Part shown: one piece after another, positions 56,985-64,000 of the stretch
Layout of the letters: each line of letters begins with the position of its first letter
Numbering within the stretch: the first letter of the stretch is position 1
Made by a program: the position numbers and the translations under genes
Assembly (NCBI RefSeq): GCF_009914755.1
Contig: NC_060933.1
Origin: the human T2T-CHM13v2.0 reference genome, Homo sapiens
Strand: one strand, 5' to 3'
Length of the DNA: 64,000 nt
The notes under the pieces: generated by a model
Told to the model about the DNA's origin: nothing
The model's database searches: none
The model's input: only the letters and a program-made list of their open reading frames with translations

Positions 56985-57545
56985 AGGAGTTAAAACCTCA
57001 GGGTCTGGAAACAGGCTCACCTGGGGCAAATGCCATTACCACCACCTTAACCTGCGGCCTGGGGCAACCTAACTTCCCTTCCTGGTCTCAGGTCTCAGTT
57101 TCATTTGTAAAATGGGGATCACAATAGTCTAGCCTCATAATGAGACAGCTAAGTGTAAGCGGGTCCCCGGAAAAACTCCAACCAGCCTACACACTGGGAA
57201 AAATGTGCACGGGTGGAGCCACAGAAGTTTCTCCATTTGCAGCGGGGAAGAGCCTGGCCCTTCCTCTTCCTGGGTGGAACCTGGGATTCAGTCTGTGAAG
57301 TGGGAAGCGTACTAGTCGGACTCTTGTTCAGGAGAGAGTCCTTTTTTTCCCTTTTGCCCAACAAATTCCATTTTTCCTCACCCTTCAAGGTGTCTGTGAG
57401 CCTAATATTTCATGGCCGTGTGACAAGGACCCCCGTCTTTAGCTGAACTAAGGAGAAAGTCCTACAACAATAACATAATTATGTGAATTAAATTCTATTA
57501 TCTTTAAGTGCTTGGCATGTTTCCTAGTACATAATAGTTGCTAGG
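56985..57545 (+). mobile_element. MIR split by an LTR
   Basis: ctcagtttcatttgtaaaatggggat before the LTR; gtgaattaaat…taagtgcttggca…ctagtacata after it. Confidence 0.65.
57141..57469 (+). mobile_element. ERV1 (MER4-group, MER66A-like) solo LTR
   Basis: TG…CA termini (tgagacagc…gtcctacaaca) with 4-bp TSD ATAA (57137-57140 / 57470-57473); exact subfamily uncertain. Confidence 0.8.
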
Positions 57546-58102
57546 TAAAATTTTAGTAATTTTTAACATTAATATTAACAATGCTACCATTATTATTTCT
57601 AAAACTTGTCAGAATATATGAAAGAGCATTTATATTTAATGCTATTTCCACTGTATTGTTGGAATATAGCAATGAAATGGTATTAAAATGGTAACTAAAA
57701 TGTGCACAAAGGTTGCCCCTAACCACGCTCTCTCAACTATTTCTTAATATACAATATCACATTTTTCAGAAAAATAGACTACTTTTAGGGCACTTGATTT
57801 ATCTTCCTAGATGAAAGATAGACACATATGTATTTATTTCATATCTGGTGCAAAGAATATATCATCATGACACTCAATGAAGAAAAATCTTATAGTTCTT
57901 AGCAACTGATAGCTTTTAGAGGCACTTTAAATCCCATGAGAAGGTTCACTTCCATCATATCCATCTTTTAACTTATGTATAAAGGTGCCATAACATCTGT
58001 CCTTTTACTGAAAAAAAAATTTGCTTTTGGCTAGAAGATAAAGTTTTCAGAAGGCTCTCACTCAAACAACCATTTTTTAAGCAAACAATAGAAATACCAA
58101 AT

Positions 58103-58321
58103 TTTTTAAAATTTAACTTTTAAGTTCAGGGGTACATGTGCAGATTTGTTATATAGGTAAAAACTTGTGTCATGGGGGTTTGTTGTACAGATTATTTCAT
58201 CACCCAGGTATTAAGCCCAGTATGCATTAGTTATTTTTCCTGATCCTCTCCCTGTTTCCACCCTCCACCCTACAATAGGCCCCAGTGTGTGTTGCTCCTA
58301 TGTGTCCATGTGTTCTCATCA
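58103..58321 (-). mobile_element. Short 5'-truncated L1PA13-15-like 3' end
   Basis: ttcaggggtacatgtgcag…acagattatttcatcacccagg; perfect 13-bp TSD agaaataccaaat (58090-58102 / 58322-58334). Confidence 0.9.
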
Positions 58322-58719
58322 AGAAATACCAAATCTAATACATAAATCCATGTAACACCTAAATTTACTAGAGTTCCTCATTTACTAGAGTTCCTTTGTT
58401 ACTTAGTAAATGATACTTATTCCTCCCAATTTTATTTCAAAATAGTTGTGAAAATAGATTTATGTACAGTCTCAAGGAAATTATGTTTTCCTTTCTTCTC
58501 TTTTTACCCTTCCTTCCTTCCTTCCCTCCCTCTCTCGCTCTCTCTCTCTCTTTCTTTTTGGTCTTAACATTATTCCTAGCACACTTAAAATTATTTCGCT
58601 ATTTCTAGGTGTATAGTAACATCTGTACAGGTATTATAGTAGTCCCCACTCGGAATGGCTTTTGACTTCTGCCCTCTCCTCTAGTGATTGAAATCTTATC
58701 CTCCTGTAGAGAAATGCTG

Positions 58720-58935
58720 TATCAGCATGGAAAGACAGAGTCAGACTTGCTAGGCTTGAAACCCTGCTCTACTATTTATTAGCTGAATATCCTGGGGCAA
58801 GTAACTGAACCTCTCTGTTACTTTTTCTATAAAGTAGGGATACTGTTGGGACTTTAAAAATATGATGTATGTAAAGCACTTAGTAGAGTGTCTAGCACTT
58901 GTAATGCACTCAATCAGCCCTAGCTATTATTTTAT
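58720..58935 (+). mobile_element. MIR
   Basis: gagtcagac…ccctgctctact…ggggcaagtaactgaacctctctg…atgtaaagcacttag…gcactcaat. Confidence 0.75.
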
Positions 58936-59689
58936 TATTACGACTATTCAAGATATAACTCACACATCAGGTCTCCCATAAAACTTTTACTGACATGCTT
59001 CAGTGGAATAAACATTCATCTTTGACTTAGCTTCACATGAAATTCTATGATGGCTTTCCAATTTTTAGCAAGTTCTTTAACTTTGCAATTCTATTTCCTG
59101 ATCTTGAGGTAATAATAACTAAATGTGATCATATTTGCAATGTGTTCTCTCTATGAGAGGCTAAAGTGAAACTTCTGCTGCTGCTCCTAGATACAACTGC
59201 AAATTCTTGTGAAGATTTCTAACTATCCTGTGCTTTGTAACTTATTATGTATGTCACAAAAGACAAAGCAATAGCTTTTATTGTGGAAACTACACACTCT
59301 TAAGGCGGTCTGTGAATCTGCAGAAATTGTTTGCAAAACATCATGTACATGTCCAAATATACACAGATATATTTCTGAGGGAATGTTTCAGATCTTTGAT
59401 TAGATTCTCAAAGGGATATATACCCAAAACAAAGAGATATAGACCAACGATTTGGAGACAGAGTTGTGACCACACTCCAGCAGCTGAATAGGAATTCTTG
59501 GCATTTATTTTGTAAGCGGCCCTCACCCCTTGCTTCATTTTTCTATTTTTATTTCCTTAATGCTCATATTTTTCTTCAAAAGTAAAATGCATTTCATCCT
59601 GCCAATGCCAAAACATAGTAGCTGGTTTCATTAATGTTAGTTCCTTTTTTTCTTCTTAATATGCCTGACAATTATATACACACTGCCAA

Positions 59690-60050
59690 CTATTGATTAA
59701 TTCTTTAAGAGCACATGAAGGACAAATATGTCCTTCATGCTAGACCGAATTCCAGGGGACGTAGAAGTAAGCCAGATAGGAAAGTTTTCTGCTACCCTCG
59801 TAGGTTTTCTTTCAAATGCAATAGACAGACATCAAACAAATAATTGCATTAAATAACAGGTTAATGATATAATTTCTGATAGTGCCATGAAAAAAATGAA
59901 GAAAGATAATGTGGTAAGAATGATGAAAAAGTAATGTCTGAGCAAATATGTAAAATAATTTAATGCAGCCAGCTATGAGAGTGGGAAAAGAACATTCTGG
60001 ACAGAGGGTACAAGCAGCAAAGAACAAGCTTGACATGCTTGAAAAATAGA
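59690..60050 (-). mobile_element. Decayed L2 fragment
   Basis: atagacagacatcaaacaaataat…tgatagtgccatgaa…aaagaacattctggacagaggg. Confidence 0.55.
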
Positions 60051-60099
60051 AATGCTTCATTAAAATAAAAACAAAGTAAAAGAATCTTCATTGTTTTAG

Positions 60100-60530
60100 G
60101 CTAATTAAAGCAGTATTATATTCTTATTTTAGAAAATGTGAAACATACAAAGAAGTATAAAAATAAAATGTATTTCAAAAAAGCCTTTTAATAATTTTGG
60201 TATTTTCCTATATTTCCTCCCAGAAATTTTAAATATATGTTTAGCAAAGGAAAAGGTCTAAAAGATGCTGCTATGTACAATTTTTATTCTGCCTTTAAAT
60301 CTATTGTGAGGAATATCTTCCTGGATCATTAAAAATATTAATAAACATAATTGCTAATTGCTGCATATTATTTCATGACACAAAAGTATTAACTTTTATG
60401 TAATCAATCCCCATGGACTTTTAAGTTACTTTTAGTTTTTTTTTTCTGACATAAATGCTATAATTATTATTTTTATGGAAATATTTATGTTATTATCTTT
60501 GAACAGTTTATTGGATTAGATGACTGGAAG
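60100..60530 (-). mobile_element. Decayed L1ME4-like 3' end
   Basis: agaaaatgtgaaacatacaaagaagtataaa…aattttggtat…taatcaatcccc. Confidence 0.5.
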
Positions 60531-62708
60531 TAGAATTCATTTTGATTTTAAATGTCCAAATAGCATAAAGCGTCTCTTAGACTTATTCAGCTCAGTGTAG
60601 ATTTAGTATAAAATATGTTTAAAGAGATGTTTTTTTAACCTACCATTTTGTCTATATCAGTCATGTGTTCACATATTTATATGTCCACTGGCCTTTTTAA
60701 ATAATTCATCAAGACAGAAGACCATTCCAGTCCGCAGGAGAGTAGTCCTTAAAAGAGAAAGGACTCTTTGTGATTTAAAAGATGGTCTTTAGTAAAAATA
60801 GCCTCCCAGAGACTCACTAAAATTATGACTACTAGAAGTCGCTAATTCAGAGTTCAGAGAAAACAAACAAACCTTGGTTTCTTTATAATTCAGTAACAGA
60901 AAATAATTCCATAAGTAAGATAACATTTTGGCAATGATGGATATCTCAAAATTTGTACTTACAGCTATACTTGAAGCTACCTTGATCTCCACCTGCGTTT
61001 CAGCAATACTCTTTGATCCACATGCTTATTTATTGCCTTTCTATCTTATCCTAGAGCTATTTCTGCCCAGTAGAAGAACAACATCAATAAACTACAAGAT
61101 TTTATTAGGTTTATCCAACAAATGCTGATCTCTCCTGTTGGGTTTAATTTGTTGGTCTGTTATGGTTGTTCCAATACATCATTTAGTGACCTTTTCTTCT
61201 GTATATTCTAGAGCCCATGTAACATTAATCCTTTTATGTACTTATATTGGAGAATTACTGATGTGCAATTGTCATTCCTAATAATTGTGGTGTTGTTGAT
61301 TAACGCATAAAAAGCAGTCACATAGGTAAGCAACCAAAGCAATACATATTAGAAGCTACAGAATGACAAATTTTATTCTTTGTCCTCTATTTACTTGGAA
61401 GACCAACCTGAGCAGGCAGTTTAACCTCTTTGCTAATAAATGATGAGGTGTCCAGTTTGTCTTTCAAGTGCTTATTTTTTCTTAGATGACAAAAGAAGTG
61501 TCTAATCAGGTTCATTTTAAACCACTTCACAAATACAAAGGCTATAAAAATATTGAATAGGACTTATATGTTCACTGGAGTAAAAATGCTTCCTGAAAAA
61601 TATATTTTTAATTAAGGGTCATAGGAGAGGAGAAAAATCTCTCTCTCCCATCCTAAGAGAAAACTACCCCTATGACCCTTCTCTTATTTTTCCCAAGAGT
61701 GAGGTCTGAGGAATAAATGTAGAGCTGCTGAAATAAAATAAATACAAGTCATATAAAATTAAATTATGCACTTAATTGTCAATATAAACATATAAAAAGA
61801 TCACTGCAAAAAAACTTTTCTGGACCCTGAATTATTGAAAACACACACACACCCCACAAGATTGTTAGAATTATGCTGCTCTTCCTGTAATATTATGCTC
61901 AACTTGGGCTTCTTATGTATGCCTCATTAAAAAATACCTTTTAAAGAATTTTTCCCAGTCTGTTGGTGATTAACAGATATCTCACCAGAGAGCCTTTACA
62001 GAGAGGTTTAGAAATAAATCTGAATTCCACAGCTCAATGAAAGCTGTGAACTACAACACGGAACATCTTTTACAGACATTGGGATATTATTTTTACCCTT
62101 CTTATCTGTGAGTTCTATGGCTTGCCAACCATATACCATACCAAAGTTTATACAATGTGTATAAGTCATATCCAAGAGGAATTGCTTTTTCTTCTGAAAC
62201 CTGAAAGCCTAGGCAAGCATGGTTCTGACTTTTCAAATGGTGCAGTGAATATTTCATAAGTCAAAAAAAAAAACATTAAGTTTCAAGGCAAGAAAATCAT
62301 AGGAGGATTGGTCCCATACCAACTTTATTTATATTTTGAGAAGATGCATATGAGGTTTTTTAATTCTCTAATTTAAAAATTTTACCCTCTCCAGAATTAG
62401 TCTGTTTGCATGTGTGATGCATAGCAGACCCTGACAAGAAAAGGCTTGGTTCTGGTGCTATTCTGTAAGTAGTGTTGCTTATTTGATCTCCCCAGTATTG
62501 ACACCAGAGTCCTGACTCAGTCTATCAGTTAGAATGTACATAATTTCTCTTTTGTTTGGTGGTTTAGGAACCACAGAGGTGCCTAAATTTAGGACTTACC
62601 CAGGGATAAAATAAGAATTAACCTGCTTAAATGAAATAAAAATGTATGACTATGGTAGAATTGTGTTTTAATTGAAAACCTAATGTTTTTTTCTTCTTCT
62701 CTTTCTAG

Positions 62709-62836
62709 GAGGTACTGGAAGAAGGGCATGGAAATAGTTTCCTTTACCTCCTGGAGAGATTTGGCAATTAATTTCTCCCAGTCGTACAAAAGAAGGGATG
62801 TTGATTTTACTTGCCGATAGCTTGGGGTCTGAGTTG
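62709..62836 (+). other. Candidate non-coding internal exon (128 nt)
   Basis: Branch point CTAAT (62680-62684), 21-nt pyrimidine tract, AG at 62707-62708; donor TTG|GTGAGC; stops in all three frames. Confidence 0.3.
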
Positions 62837-62852
62837 GTGAGCCATACAAGGT
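62748..62852 (-). other. Candidate antisense exon (105 nt)
   Basis: Acceptor ttcccttctgtttccttcatag and donor GAG|GTAAAG; open in two frames but the peptide is not recognised. Confidence 0.25.
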
Positions 62853-63326
62853 CTATGAAGGAAACAGAAGGGAAGAAGGTTTTTGAGGGAAGAGGAAGAA
62901 ATACAGGGAAGAAGAGAGATGAAGGGACCCAGGGAGGAGAGAGAATGAGCAAGAGAGAGAGAGTCATGAAAGGAAACAGAGAAGGAGCATTTCCTCATGT
63001 TAAAAGGAGACCAGTAGAGGTACACTGGTAGGGGAGAGTATAAATTGATCCTGAAAGCCCAAAGGAAATTGATCAAGAAGGGAAAGACTAGTGAGAGAAA
63101 AACTCAGAAAGGAACACTAAAGAAAAGATTATCTGAAGGTCTGGAAGCCAAACGATAGGGGAGTCATTCTGTACCAGCCACCAGCCCTGATTAGAGCAGG
63201 ATCCTCCCTTTCCTACTTCCAAAGCCTTGGTCAGTTGAGCCTCTCCTCTTGCACCAGCAACTAACATCTCATAGATTGACCACCCGGCAAAAATGAAGAC
63301 TATTTATTCCACAATTTTGTTTTCAG

Positions 63327-63525
63327 GATGTCAGCAATATTGTGCCCCATGGACAACCCATTTTTAAGATACCCTGTTTGCCTATAAGAGCAAGAATGAG
63401 CAATGGGCTCATCTGTACTGAGATGGAATGGACCTGACTTGAAAAAAACTTCAGGATCCATAAATTCAGAAATTATATCGTGATAACCCCAACAAATAAT
63501 AAATATGTCAGTTGTCCTATGCATA
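63327..63525 (+). other. Candidate terminal exon with polyadenylation signal
   Basis: Acceptor attttgttttcag|G; AATAAA at 63498-63503. Confidence 0.28.
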
Positions 63526-64000
63526 ACCATATATACAAAGGATACTATACTACTCAAAGTGGACAAATGATGACTTGTAATTTTTTTTTTTTTTTTTACT
63601 TGGGAAACTTTTAGGTTGAACTGCCAAGAGAACTAATGCTTCACTCTTGAAAACTTCTCTATACCACCTGCTAAAGCTTTTCTATGTTCCATGTTGCTCC
63701 AAACTCTATTCTGATGTGTTTCGTAATGGTCGCTTTGACTTCAAACTTTTAATTCTAACTTCAGAGATATCTTAGGATCCTTCCCTAAGATACCTAGATC
63801 CACTTTAAGAACAGTGCCTTAGTCACTGTTTAACATGAATATTCAGTCTTGTGAGACAGACTCTTAAATGCTTTGTCATTACTCGTAGTTACATTCCCTC
63901 ACATCAGGGTGTGGCCTGACAGAGGCACACAGGTTTAGATCTTGGTGGTAGAAACACATATTCAAACAAATTTGCACCAGAGAGTCCTACGTATGTAGCA

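Noticed and set aside
58363-58396. 17-bp tandem duplication atttactagagttcct
   Set aside because: Ordinary slippage duplication
60789-61128. Opposed ORFs and a minus-strand GTAAGT site
   Set aside because: Weak exon context and no homology recognised

Overview
AT-rich hominid (human-like) genomic DNA, either intergenic or deep intronic. The evidence is AluY/AluS SINEs, L1PA2/L1PA8/L1MA LINEs, MaLR/ERVL/ERV1 solo LTRs and MER/MADE1 DNA-transposon fossils. I cannot recognise any intact cellular protein-coding gene. The long ORFs in the track are broken LINE-1 ORF1/ORF2 pieces, Alu translations or simple repeats. The dominant structure is a ~15.2 kb nested retroelement complex (36958-52119). 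It is a near full-length L1MA2-like element with a recognisable target-site duplication (TSD). It contains an MLT2A LTR, a second L1MA2-like 3' end, a full-length L1PA8-like element and four Alus. The best observations are: (1) the inner L1PA8-like element appears to be a copy of a spliced L1 RNA, with the junction at 44892/44893; (2) a 43-nt tailless 5S rRNA retrocopy with a perfect 16-bp TSD; (3) a gap-free 164-bp ancient tandem duplication with an internal inverted repeat; (4) candidate non-coding exons near 62.7-63.5 kb; and (5) a repeat-poor candidate enhancer block near 18.4-19.6 kb. Subfamily names rest on remembered consensus sequences, not on a search. I found no convincing new biological system. 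Most findings are unusual instances of known mechanisms.
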